From Ramazzottius varieornatus (Eukaryota > Animalia > Tardigrada), in the NCBI GenBank assembly GCA_001949185.1, contig BDGG01000001.1:8031067-8095066 (forward strand): 64,000 nucleotides of DNA. The letters are read 5' to 3'. A program made the translations under genes and the position numbers. The notes beneath the pieces were generated by a model, which worked only from the letters and a program-made list of their open reading frames with translations, made no database searches and was not told where the DNA came from. Below, in pieces: positions 25,301 to 36,159 of this stretch. Position 1 is the first letter of the stretch. Every line of letters begins with the position of its first letter.

Positions 25301-27558
25301 AACGGTTTGCGCAATAAAGGAATCATCTAGGGCGGGTTGGCCACTCCCCAGCCGTGAAGTCTGAACTCCTACCGAAAAGTACGCCATTTGCTGCAATGGC
25401 CAACCGTTAGAATGCGCTTGAGGCTCCTGAAAATTTGACCATTTTCCGCTTAGTTTCGGGAATAAAGCTCTCAGCCTGTAACTTCGCAGAAAGCAGTCGA
25501 GAGCAGTCGCACAGCAGCTCGGTTGGGGCTTGCAGAAACTCAACCCACTAACAATGCATTGGGAAGTGAACCATAATATCTTTTATAACTAAGGCTGAAC
25601 CAGATAGTAAAAATTTCGATCCCCAGGGCCTCTTTTTTTAGGTACTAAAACTGCTTTAACTTCTTTCTAAAAGTGGTCTAGGCAGGCGGGCTGAATGCTC
25701 AAAGTTTAGCCTGTCCCGGTTCCTCATCCAAAGCCATCCTCAGCATTAAGCATCTGGTATTTTTGGCTACGTGCCAAACTGAACTCCGACTGAAGAGTCT
25801 CCGATGAGGAAGCTTCAGGGACACCAAAAGGATTACGAAGAAGAAGTCGGTGTTTCTTCCTGATAGTTAAGGATCATGATAAGACTATGATAAGAAACCT
25901 AGATAAAAATCGAATTCTTCGTTGGCCCGCACTGTAACTTACATTCAGAGGCAACCGATTCTTGCGAAAGCCTTCAGCCCTATCGCAATAGCTCATTCTG
26001 ACGTCAGGCTCTGGCCTCTTCAAACTGCCAAGCGGACGCATCCAGCCATGCGTCCAATTATTTTACAAAAAAATGTCGCTCAGCGATTTTGATCCTGAGG
26101 CTCAGAAATTTTGCCCATGCGGGGATTTCTACCACGGATGACGGATTTCATCTAAGGTTCAAAGCTTAAGGTGAATGGCTGATTCTGCGTTGAAAGCTGG
26201 CAGTTATCTAAGAATCATTGACCGACGGTATGATTAACTGGGCAGTTTTTCTTCCAAAGCACAGTGAGAACTGACAGCTAGCCTGAACGCATAGTGTAGA
26301 TCAGACAGCTAACCTGAACGAACAGTGTTGTAGGCAAATAAGGTACTCCAGAAGGGGGCAGGATGAAAATCGAATTTTTGACTGGTGCAATGCAGAGACG
26401 TGCATTGCAGCCTGATCAGCTGATTAGTTCAAGCCAAAGCCCTCACGTCACCAGTCAAAAACTCGATTTTAGCCCTGAAATCTTTTAGAGTACCATTGAG
26501 GTCACCAACGTGAGGACATGGAAAATCAATCAATCAAAATGAAGGCGGAGTTCGGGGCGAGACCGCAATCAAGAGACTTATGAACTTTATTGGACAGCAT
26601 CCTCTAAATCTAATTCACCACGTCACTCACCGTGTAGCCTCGAATCATCCCGAACTCTATTACGGAACAAGACAACACAATGACAATCATTCCCGGTATC
26701 ACAAAGGAACACCTGTTACGCCTGAAACAGCTGACTGAACAAGAAACGTTGATCAAAGCTTTTGGTTGCCGGACGTCACGTTATACAGTTAGTTTTGATT
26801 GGTTGATTTGCCGAGTCCTTACGTTCATGGCCGCAATGGTACCTTAATCGCCCACCCTGTGTTCTTCCTTCTGGGCGTCAGATCTTGATTTGGTTTGTGT
26901 CACAATAATATTAAGAGATAGATGTTTCTGCTAATGGACATACACGAAGCGTTTCTTGGCAATGAACAGCGGGAAAAGAACTTAGACGAATTGGGACGGA
27001 AACTTATTAATACTATCGCTGAATTTAGTCAACGCTGATGTCAGGATGTATGCACAAATCGGCTGTTCTTTTCCAGCTGAAAATCGTAAATGAGTTCCAT
27101 CACCCGCGGTAGAAATCGGTGCACGGTAGAAATCGGTGCACGGCAGAAATTCCGAGCCAATCGATCTGTACTTTAAAGCACGGTACTGGAGACCCTTCAG
27201 AATTCTGCATGTTGTTTGCACTACTCGACGACTTCGTCTAATGTTTCATACACAATATCTTAAAAACTGATGCATTTTTGCTTGTAGTGAGATGACAAAC
27301 AGGCAAATGATGATTTACAATACAATTGTTCGGGATGCACTGAGACATTTTAAGCTTAACAAAGTCATCTACTGGGATTCTTTCATCGAGACTGATTTAC
27401 AAGTGGACGATACTCCTGATGGAATGCATCTGGGAGAGAAAACCAGATCAGTCGATATCCAGTTGCTGTTGAACTACTTCTGTAATCCGTTCATGTCTCA
27501 CCGATCACGATCACTCTCTACAACTTCGGAATTCAAGTGCTGCTGTTGTAAGGTATAA
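16353..27558 (+). CDS. Stand-alone CASD1/PC-esterase-like SGNH protein, gene B; join(16353..16567,20873..21277,24841..24957,27288..27558), 335 aa
   Basis: Four exons, all introns GT-AG phase 2 and in frame (1008 nt), with a TACTAAC branch point before 20873. The protein has a signal anchor (LYFVILLCASFSCLVMIFVSY), WNPRDC, LLGDSRLRQL, KVIWGPQ, DGMH and LLLNYFCN...CCCC. Exon 3 is not visible in the correct frame in the ORF track. Confidence 0.85.
16575..16738. mobile_element. 164-bp TA-flanked MITE with ~60-bp TIRs, inserted at the intron-1 donor of gene B
   Basis: TA|CACGCGCCTGGCCTAAATATGGGGATGGACAAAAAT...ATTTTTGTCCATCCTCATATCTAGGCCAGGCGCGTG|TA. Confidence 0.9.
17578..17902. mobile_element. 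Foldback element with ~125-bp inverted arms
   Basis: GGCTCACAGTAGCTGACCAAAGTACCTTTGACTAGAAACG... pairs with ...CGTTTCTAGTCAAAGGTACTTTGGGCAGCTACTGTAAGCC. Confidence 0.85.
18840..19760 (+). mobile_element. Truncated tyrosine-recombinase retrotransposon (Ngaro/DIRS-like): gag with CCHC knuckle and RT N-terminus
   Basis: AYGKTIRSLQAKHDFKSVYE..TRFR (gag-like); CFKCHAFGHHADQC (CX2CX4HX4C, ~19085-19126); HSDPSLVHQFVSGMHSGFHTGY; after a frameshift PFSSPPFPNY...LVMNLS..FSVNDFI. Confidence 0.7.
19775..20015. mobile_element. Foldback element with ~105-bp arms
   Basis: AATCAAGCCCAAATACGTGCATGCAGCCGATGC... pairs with ...GCATCGGCTGCACGCACGTATTCGAGCTTGATT. It abuts the truncation point of the Ngaro-like fragment. 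Confidence 0.85.
20060..20130 (+). repeat. Solo arm of the foldback family found at ~30.8-31.2 kb
   Basis: TTATCAGCTGATCTTCACCGGCAGCGGATGATCAAGAGCTGATCTCAAC matches 31092-31141. Another weak copy lies at ~2910-2960. Confidence 0.7.
26346..26490. mobile_element. TA-flanked MITE (CTC...GAG)
   Basis: AAAATCGAATTTTTGACTGGTG pairs with CACCAGTCAAAAACTCGATTTT; TA on both sides. Confidence 0.7.
26493..26839 (+). mobile_element. TA-flanked MITE family CCATTG...CAATGG, copy 1
   Basis: ~45-bp TIRs; colinear along its length with 58040-58415. Confidence 0.85.
27107..27149 (+). repeat. 17-bp tandem repeat (CGGTAGAAATCGGTGCA), ~2.5 copies
   Basis: Direct repeats visible in the sequence. Confidence 0.75.
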
Positions 27559-29949
27559 GTCACACCGCTTTGTGCTTGCATGCACTTTGCTTTGTGCTTT
27601 CAGGCCGAAGCTCAGCACACAACGCTGGATTTCATACTTATCAATGAACATGCTGCTTTTCTCGTCCGCTGTGCTGTTATTCCGTGCTTGCTTGCGTTGA
27701 CGGCTTTTCCATCAAGCAAGATGTAATAAACCAGGTGTTATGCTGCCAGAAACGCACTCATATGCACCAATGTATTGGGACAAAAGCCGGTTCGAGAGTT
27801 AATTCATCCTTCGCCGAGTTGTTGTTCTGCACAAACGGCGGAGCACCTTTAACCAGATATCGCAATCATTTGTTCCTGGAGTCAAGGCTCAGACTAGACT
27901 TTTGCACGCATTGAGGATAACAGGCATCATTTCAGAGTTCAATTGCGCATTCTAATGTATGACTCGACTAGAACCGGCTTGCACAGCTCTAGGAAGGAAC
28001 ACGGACCATTGTATATTTAGCCATGGATATTTCTACTATCTACACTCTCACACTTAACTCAGCGTAACAGCGAAGAAATTGAAACACTGCAGAGATTTGA
28101 AAGGTAGGGGCAGCTCGACATACATAAGCTTGCAAACCCGTCATGAGCACAAACTGGACTGAGTGGTACGATTCGCCGATTTGCTTTGCTGAATGTGAAG
28201 AAGATCCACGCCTTTCACGAACCGATATCTGACACCATCTGGACTTCCCCCCCCCCAGTTCGTCTGATTCGCTGGTATTTCCAACTCGGTTTAACAAAAG
28301 ACTTAAGTATAGGCACGGTACGGGAGCAAGATGATGTCAAAGAAAACCACCGTACACAAAATAGAAAGTACCTGATAGCAGTTCATGACATTACTATTGA
28401 GGAAAACTGCAGTATTTGTAGGATGAGGAGCGACATAAGTGGAATGCTTTTGTTCTGGCATGTATTTCATTTTTTCTTTAGTAGATCTTGCTCCCATACC
28501 AAGCAACCTACGAAGAACTTCCGAGTTTGGAAATAGGCTCACTAGCAGTTCTCACACTAAGCCTGTAGTTGTTGATCTGATAAAGATTGAACGAACTAGA
28601 GCTTACAGTATCAGATTTTGTCAGGTAACTAAACCCCAGACAGATTACTTTATTAAGACTAGTTAACTTGGTACTGGGCCCGGGCCGTAGTCGCCCTTAT
28701 GCACTAATTTGAGCTATATAAAATTATAACCCTTGAAGCACTTCCACTGAGCCTGACCATGATTGCGCCCTCAGCCCGTTGTTTCCGTGAAGTGGAATCG
28801 GTTGATCCGATTTGTGCTTTTTCTAATTACATACTTTGTGGAATCGGAATTCTGAAATCTGAAAAGCAGTCGTTTCTTGTTTTCCGTCATTCTACTGCGA
28901 CGTGTTGAAATTTCCCTTGTCTTTTCGGCAAATAAAATGCTCGAAGAAAATCTTTTTCCTCGTCTTTTCGGCAACTAATTCTGACGCCAGGTCTGCCGTA
29001 TCACGGACATTCTGTGTCTCACCTGTTTGGTTCATGATCAACCGGTAAACATCCCCACATATCTATCATCATACGAGACAGTCGAGTGGCAAACAGGTCG
29101 ATATACTGCACCGAGAAAAGTTTCAGTGGCCAACTAGAGTTCTGAAAATCATGAGCAGCGCCCGAGCACTACTCTATAATTACTGCCGTAGTCAATGACA
29201 CGCTGCTGATTCTCAAATTATGCCAAATGTTCTGCATTCTTGTTAGTATCCATAACCACAAGCGAGATGTCAACAGCGAAGACCTTGTAAATAGCACCAG
29301 ACGTCGCCAAAAAACCGTTTTGATGCCGGTTGCATTCCGCACAGGTCGCTCACTGCACTATAGTGTGTGCGAGCAAATTTTTTCGACTTCGAAAGACGCT
29401 TTTTGTAATGCTGAAGGATAGCCGTTTCGGCCAATGCGGACACTACCAGACTTCAACGACCGCCACAAGAAATTCGGATCTTTGTTTCACTCCACACTGA
29501 ATAAGTTCATCTAACTTACCTTTGCGGGAATATCTTCGAGTCTTCCACGTACGAAGACGCTGTCGTTTTTTCTGTCATTATTAGACACCGGAATTGATTG
29601 TCTGACCATATATTCTGGAATACTCTTGGAATAGAAAAGAAAAGTTATTTCGATTTGATAATTGGGATGAGAAATTGTCACAAAAACGCACTGCTGCCAG
29701 AATAAATTTTTTCAAAGTGCCTTTTAGATTCCGAAATCTGGCTCCGGACTTTAACCACTCGATGTACGCTCGAAGAAGCCACAGTTTGTCTCATTACGTC
29801 GTATAATTTAGCTCATGGCTACGAACAATTTCGCTCAACACAAAAACCAACTTTTGTCCACTTCATGGCTGAATAACTGACCAGGGGTCGTAATACTAGT
29901 ATATAAAACGCAGAAATAACGACGAAGCTAGGCATGTTAGCTGAGGAAA

Positions 29950-30790
29950 AACTAGCCTTGACCGGCAAAGAGATCCGTGTCGTCCCTATCGTCAAACTCC
30001 TCGCTTGTGTCACTTTCTTCGGTTTCATTCTCACTTTCGTCAATCACCATATCCGCCGGGTTAACGACCACACTTGGCGGGAGCGGTGGAGCTGCGGCAC
30101 CGAGATCCGTATTGGAAAAGTACTTTTCCGCTACTTCACTGTGTGGAATAACAATGTCTTCGTGAACATTAATGACTATCAAGTCAGACAGTCGTTCGTT
30201 TTTCACGAACGTTCTGAGCCAGGTCTTTCCCGCTTAAGCACAGAAAAGCATCTCTCATCACTAGCGGATGTTATGGGAGCAACTGCGTAAATCTGGGATT
30301 AAACTAGGGAAGTGTAGTACAGTGGCAACAACGCATCCCAATAATCAAATCAAAATAATGATGTTGTTGTGTACCATGGCCCGCCCCGCAAGTTTGATAC
30401 ATTAGATTAAGGCCGCGCCGGCCCTGTACTCTAGCTCTTGTACAACTATCGTATATGTTGGGTGTGGAAGCTGAACGTAGCTCACGTCGTGTACCGCGTA
30501 CGCGACGTAAGCGCCACCTGGCATGTTGTGGACTGATGTCTCTCCAGTCGTCGTTGATGAGCAAATTCCATTTATGCGAACGTTTCTGGATACTTGCTCT
30601 GCTTTCTTGCCAGTGACAACTTCCAAGTCAATGGATGCAGCGGAGGTCTTATCTGTCCTCAGTACGCTACTAAGGTTCTGCCAAGCGGATCTTAATCTAA
30701 GATGCTCACTGAGATCTACGTTCTCTCCCTTAACTAAGCTCTGTTTCATTTGCTGACGGGTAGCATTTTTGGCTTTCTGATCAGTTCTAC
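29950..30790 (-). pseudogene. hAT transposase relic (C-terminal dimerisation region)
   Basis: The reverse strand reads IYAVAPITSASDERCFSVLKR-(frameshift)-KTWLRTFVKNERLSDLIVINVHED, the hAT P.TS.S.ER.FS.L.R.K..LR...ERL motif. Upstream is PTYTIVVQELEYR. Confidence 0.8.
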
Positions 30791-30794
30791 AACG

Positions 30795-31185
30795 GATTCT
30801 ATAACGATCATGTGCGTCAACTTGGCCATTCCAGAAATCTGAGATCAGCTCTTGATCATCTCGCTGCCGGGGAAGATCAACTGATAAAATCTGTGGTCGT
30901 CACTATGTATGACCCTACATGCAGTCGCACGCTGGTCAAGTAATCAACGGTAATGACATTGCCTTGTGCGGTGTACCAGGTAATGTTCGATTGACCGACA
31001 GCTGATCATTGATTAACCATTCTGCCTCGTTACGACTACCCAAGGCTTGCTTTACGCGTGCGGCTGCGTATACATAGTGAAGACCAAATATTTATCAGTT
31101 GATCTTCCCCGGCAGCGAGATGATCAAGAGCTGATCTCAACTCTCTGGAATGGCCAAGTTGACGCACAAACCGATCTAAGAACTT
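30795..31185. mobile_element. Foldback element with ~100-bp arms, interrupting or abutting the hAT relic
   Basis: TGTGCGTCAACTTGGCCATTCCAGA..GAGATCAGCTCTTGATCATCTCGCTGCCGGGGAAGATCAACTGATAAA is inverted at ~31091-31168. Confidence 0.85.
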
Positions 31186-33589
31186 TGACTGTTACAGAAT
31201 CCACCAAAAACGTACGAGGAAGCCAAAAATACCACCCATCAGCGAATGAAAAAGAGCATAGTGTGTTTCCTTTTCTGATACCGCGTTCTTGAACGGGGCA
31301 CGATCAGTCGCAGAAGCTCGTCCGCTATTGCATTTATTTAATTTATCCGTTAAGCAGCTTAAGACGACGTTGCGCACATTGAAACTCAAAATTAGAATAG
31401 ACAAAAGTCCTGTCTATCAAACCGAATCTGTCAGGGATAAAGCTTAGCATTCTGCAAAGAAGAACCCGACCCGTTCGGAACGAAGTATCCCAAGAGCATG
31501 CAAAATGGAAAATTTTTACCACACGAAAACTGGCATAAAGTTTCCATTTTGGTTTGCAATTTGTTGAGAAGGTTTGGTTCCACCAAAATGTCTCAACAGA
31601 GCGCAAACCTGTAGTTATAGCTGCAATCTTCGATATGTAACGTCGATTTTGAATAATGTTTCTAACTGCGGTCATAAATGTGGCTTTCGCAACCTAACCT
31701 TTCCGGCACAACTTGGGTACAGCTTTTCTTTCAGAGTTCGAATGAGACCCCAGTTTCGCCTGATTTTGGCGGAATAAGCACTGCATGTCTAACTGTAGCT
31801 TAAAGCATCTATGTTAATTCATTGAATTTAACTGCGACTATTCTGACCGAATCAGTTTCTGAACCGGTTCAACTTTAACCAGTCGGAACTGAAAACCTCT
31901 TCTTTCTGTGGTTTGATCAAGCTTTACTTCGCATAATGCGATATTTCTTCCTCAGCTACTGTGAGAGAAATATTGGAAATTTTACAAGATGCTACCGGAA
32001 AAGCTGCACGAATCGCTTGTCTTGCGTAACAAGCGTCAGCCTCATACGATCAGGTCAAGGAGCGAGTGGATCTAAGCATCTACGCTATTCGGTTCCTAAC
32101 GCGGCATAAATCCGATTGCAACCTCTGTAATGTGTCATAGCGACCACACATGGTAAAACGAAAATTTGCTTCCATGGGCGACCCACTGTAAAAAATTTTA
32201 ACCAACGGACAAAGTTAGAACCAACTCTTTGTACTAGAAGTAATATTTCTCCATTTCAGCGTAAAACTAGCACGTGCTACTGTTCGAATAACTCTCTCAA
32301 GTAGAAGCTTTCACCTGTAGAAACCCGTGTTGGTAAATTCACTGTATGCTGTAGTCGTGCGGTTACTGCGAGGAAAGAAAAAGTTTGCGTTTGCCGGATC
32401 CGGTCCAAGTCCATACTAGCAAGGTACTTCAGCCTTTTTTTCGGCATCGAGTTCATGCCTTTACTGTAGGAGCATGAGGGAAGAGAAACGATAGATTCTC
32501 GGTAGACATTTGTGGTAGCCTCTGCGGAAGAAATGGTTCTTTTTCGCTAGAGGTGCTGTAATTTTTTGACATAGTGATAATCCTTTGCTACGAGCTTTTC
32601 GCTTCGCGTTCGGTTCGCTCGCAGCTTGCACAAGAGAATCAAGAAAAACACGAGAAATATTTTGTTGAGCACGGGAATGGTGTCGGATCTGAGAGAACTA
32701 TTAATATAACGTACCTAAGTTTCCTTGAAAATTCTGACGGTCTTTAGAGACAAATTCTGGACTGGTTACCTTCGCGAAGACAGCAAACTAGAAAAAAATT
32801 GCCACATTTTCAAATACCCGAAATGGCCAATCATAATTTTTGAAATGTGTACACGCAAGACGATAAATTATGGGACAGGCGGAAAGGACGGCGAAATGGA
32901 AATTGGACCGTAGAAAAGTGTCCAAAAATGTATTACTATGAATCAGTCGCGTACGTACGAGCTCCCGTACCGCCATAGCGAGCCCGGCGACATGAGCTTA
33001 TAGGAAAAAAACAATGTGTATGCGAATTGTCTGGAATGAACCGAGTATCAATATTTCGATTAGGAAGTGGCTATAGGCACTCATATCGAACCCTGTTTTA
33101 TTGCTGATTTACTACAGACACACCTATTTAATTCAGTAATTAGGAAACCTTTGATTCGGCGGATTAGCTATCGGCACCCCGACATCTTCGATAGGAGAAC
33201 TTATGCCAGGAATTAGGCAATAAACCGGGTGGCCTATAGTCGAACAGGGTTCCAAAGGGTGCCCATGGCCAAGCGAAGTTTCAAGGGTTGCCTACAGCAT
33301 CACTTTATTCATGATGGAGATGGAATGGCGATGAAGTGACACATGCGTCGGGTTTCGTGCACCCAACTTAAAATACAGTAATGTTTACAGCGAAATTATC
33401 CAAGTAGAGCTCGGTGGAGACCGGTGGAGGATTGTGGAGTGCGTGGGGAGGATGGAGGGAATTCATGATTTACAAATTTTTGGAAATGTATGGTCAGGTT
33501 TGAAGAGCAAACGTTTAATATACGGGTACGTCCGAAACCAGAGGGTGGTTTAGAGAACCGAGGATCGAAGACGTTGCGAGGAATGGTTA

Positions 33590-35613
33590 TTTGCCGTTGT
33601 ACGAACTGTGCCGGATTGTAAAGGGTTTTGCATTCTTCGCGCAGATGGAGGCCGTCGATGGCGATGGATGTCTCCTGAAACATGTTCTCGTTTTCAGGTC
33701 CAAAAGCTTCGGGAGGCAGTTCCTTCAGAGCCGATAGACCGGCAAGATTGCACCTAGAACATTCAGGCGGAAACTGAGTAAAACGGTCAGTGGCTAGTTG
33801 ATTATTTTACCACGCACATGTTGTCGTATATAAGAAAAAATTCTTTTCGATCGTCGAATTGCACTCCTTGGAGGCGTCGGTGCAGTCACTCTAGAATCAA
33901 CAGTAGGACCTGCGACAAGCTTTCTGATCTGTAAAGGAATAGATCCGTTGTGCTAACGCCGTAGCCTGGAGATGTAGGTTTTACCGGTACAATGGCGCAA
34001 AGAGTTGAAATGTGCCCGCACCCGTGGACAAACACAAGCAATCCGCCACTACAGCACCCTCTCTTCTTCTCGCCATGGTTTTTTTAGCAGAGAAGCTGGC
34101 CGAAACCTGTAATAACAGGTCCAATCTCACAGATAACTCTCATTTCAATCTTATTTCATCAAGGTGAGAATTACCTGTTACTCAATCTGTTTTCACTTCC
34201 ACGGGACTAGAAATCGGAAGTCGTGCTGGACCGGTCACCTGGTTTCCGTCCTTAGTTTTCGCTGCGGCTTTCTGCTTTAAGGTGACTGGGAGGCCATGCT
34301 CCTCCGCAAGTCCCCAGTGTTCCCCGCAAAACAGGTAGCCGTGCTTCGGTTCATTGGTGCAGACAGGTGGCAATTTGATACTTCTCATAGCCACGTTCTT
34401 CTGTAGAGTTGATTACTTGGAAATGAACAAAGTACTTTTTGTGACTATCCTCATCATGAAGTAGATGTGGCTTCTGACCCGCATGGGCATCTCGCAATGG
34501 CGATGACAGATCTTCCATACTCCATCGACTACATGCAAAAATGGACACCCCTACTGCTTGCCGTACTCACCGCAGTCGTGAGGGTACAACTCTTCCAATC
34601 GCAGGTTCTCTATAAAGTCTTTCAAGTTGTCGCAGTTGAATCTATGTGAACTGAAACCGTAGTTTAGTTGCCGCGACCAAAGTTCGTTCTCGATCTCATT
34701 GACGTAGAATATTTCGGACAAATGTCGCCGACTGAAATCTGGAGGACCCATTTTTTGTGTTACGAACGGACAGTGTGGATCATGCGAGGCCGCCGTTCAA
34801 TCCAGTGCTCAATTCAAGAACCCCACCAGTTAGATTGTAGATTTCGACTTCCGGACTACTTACTTTTCGGCCAGTCCAATCTCAGACGTTTTGATTTAGC
34901 AAACCTTTCGAATGTAGAGTGCGAGTGCAGACTATACCGGACATAAAGCGAACGTATATTGTGATTAGATTCAGGACGGTAGTTTGAACTGTTGACTTAC
35001 ATGTCGTTGACGAGAAGTTCGGAAAGAGTTCGGGTTACGTAGACGTATTTGGATACGTATTTGGAAAGATCTCGTTACTCCTCGTACAGGAAATGCATTT
35101 TCTTGCTGCTGTCATAGTAGGTGAAATAAGAGTAACGGGATTCGCAGACTAAGCATGGAAGGGTGTAGTCGAATCCCTGCTTGACTACCCGGTCAAGCTC
35201 GAACACCTCCACCTGTAATTTATTAGCGTATTTAAAGGAAAACATATTTCTGGTGATCGACGAACTAAATTTACCTCAACCGCACTCTTGTGTCCCACCA
35301 GCTGGCACGGGTCTCCCTTGTTTTTGCCGCGCTTGTACCGGCATCCGAGCAAGCAGACTTGTGTCGGTGGACAAAGAAAATAAACTCGATTATGTGGCGT
35401 TCTTCTCTGCACTAGCTCAGGAACAGTGCGCCAGAGTTCCTCGATGAGACAAGTGATGTCAGCTTTTTGGAGACCTAGTGACGACTCGAGAGCTTGGTAG
35501 GCGGCTTCTTCCGGAGGATTTTCAGGCAGAGTCCAGAAAACTTCTTGAACACGGATCAAGACATCCCAGCCGTACCTCTGGCATAATCCACCGATTAATC
35601 TCGCATTTGCCAT
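33590..35613 (-). pseudogene. Intron-rich KDZ-type (Kyakuja/Dileera/Zisupton) transposase with CxC5 and CxC6 domains, disabled by stops
   Basis: Phase-compatible exons 35613-35275, 35212-35001, 34931-34864, 34738-~34478, then exons to ~33590. They give LCPPTQVC..C, GFDYTLPCLVCESRY, HSHSTFERFA, SRRHLSEIFY, VVDGVWKICHRHC, CTNEPKHGYLFCGEH, GGLLVFVHGCGHI..FAPLYR|SESLSQV, YDNM|CNL and IDGLH...C..LYNP. Confidence 0.75.
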
Positions 35614-36159
35614 AACCCGAGACCGTACGAAAAGTTGTCGGAAGACCTGGATTATGAGGGAAATAAACGACAAACGGATCGACAATAGACATACGGTGGA
35701 AGAACTACTTTACGATCTAGCTCCTGTTGTTGTTTTTCTGTTTGTAGGCATTTTTCTCTAATCTCGAAGTGGCGTTTTGTTTTGGTGAAGCGTGACTGTG
35801 CTGGCGAAATACTTGCTGCTGCCACCGGCAGTGGTTTCGCTCAGTAAAAAATCACTGCGGCACTTAGATGTAATGCCACATAGTGTGCACCATAGAATTC
35901 ACCGTACAGCGACGCACTGCAACTGTCTAAACCATCTCGGATTTTCGAACCAATTACAGCGGTACGGGCGTGTACCAGTAGGCAGATTCTGAATACTTTC
36001 ATCTTTGCTTTATTTATTCACAGCGAACACATTTTGAACTGTTTATCTGACCAATTTTCTGACGTCGGTCTTGTCAATTTCGAGGCTTCTAACGGGATAC
36101 GGTGACAACAACAAGCGAGGTTAAATTGCCGAGCGTTGCCGGAGACAACATGAGTTTAC

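Noticed and set aside
27544-27558. C-terminal CaaX/CC prenylation signals (CCKV; CTAN in gene A)
   Set aside because: The C-termini are predicted lumenal, and the cysteines align with the conserved CC motif ending the CASD1 catalytic domain.
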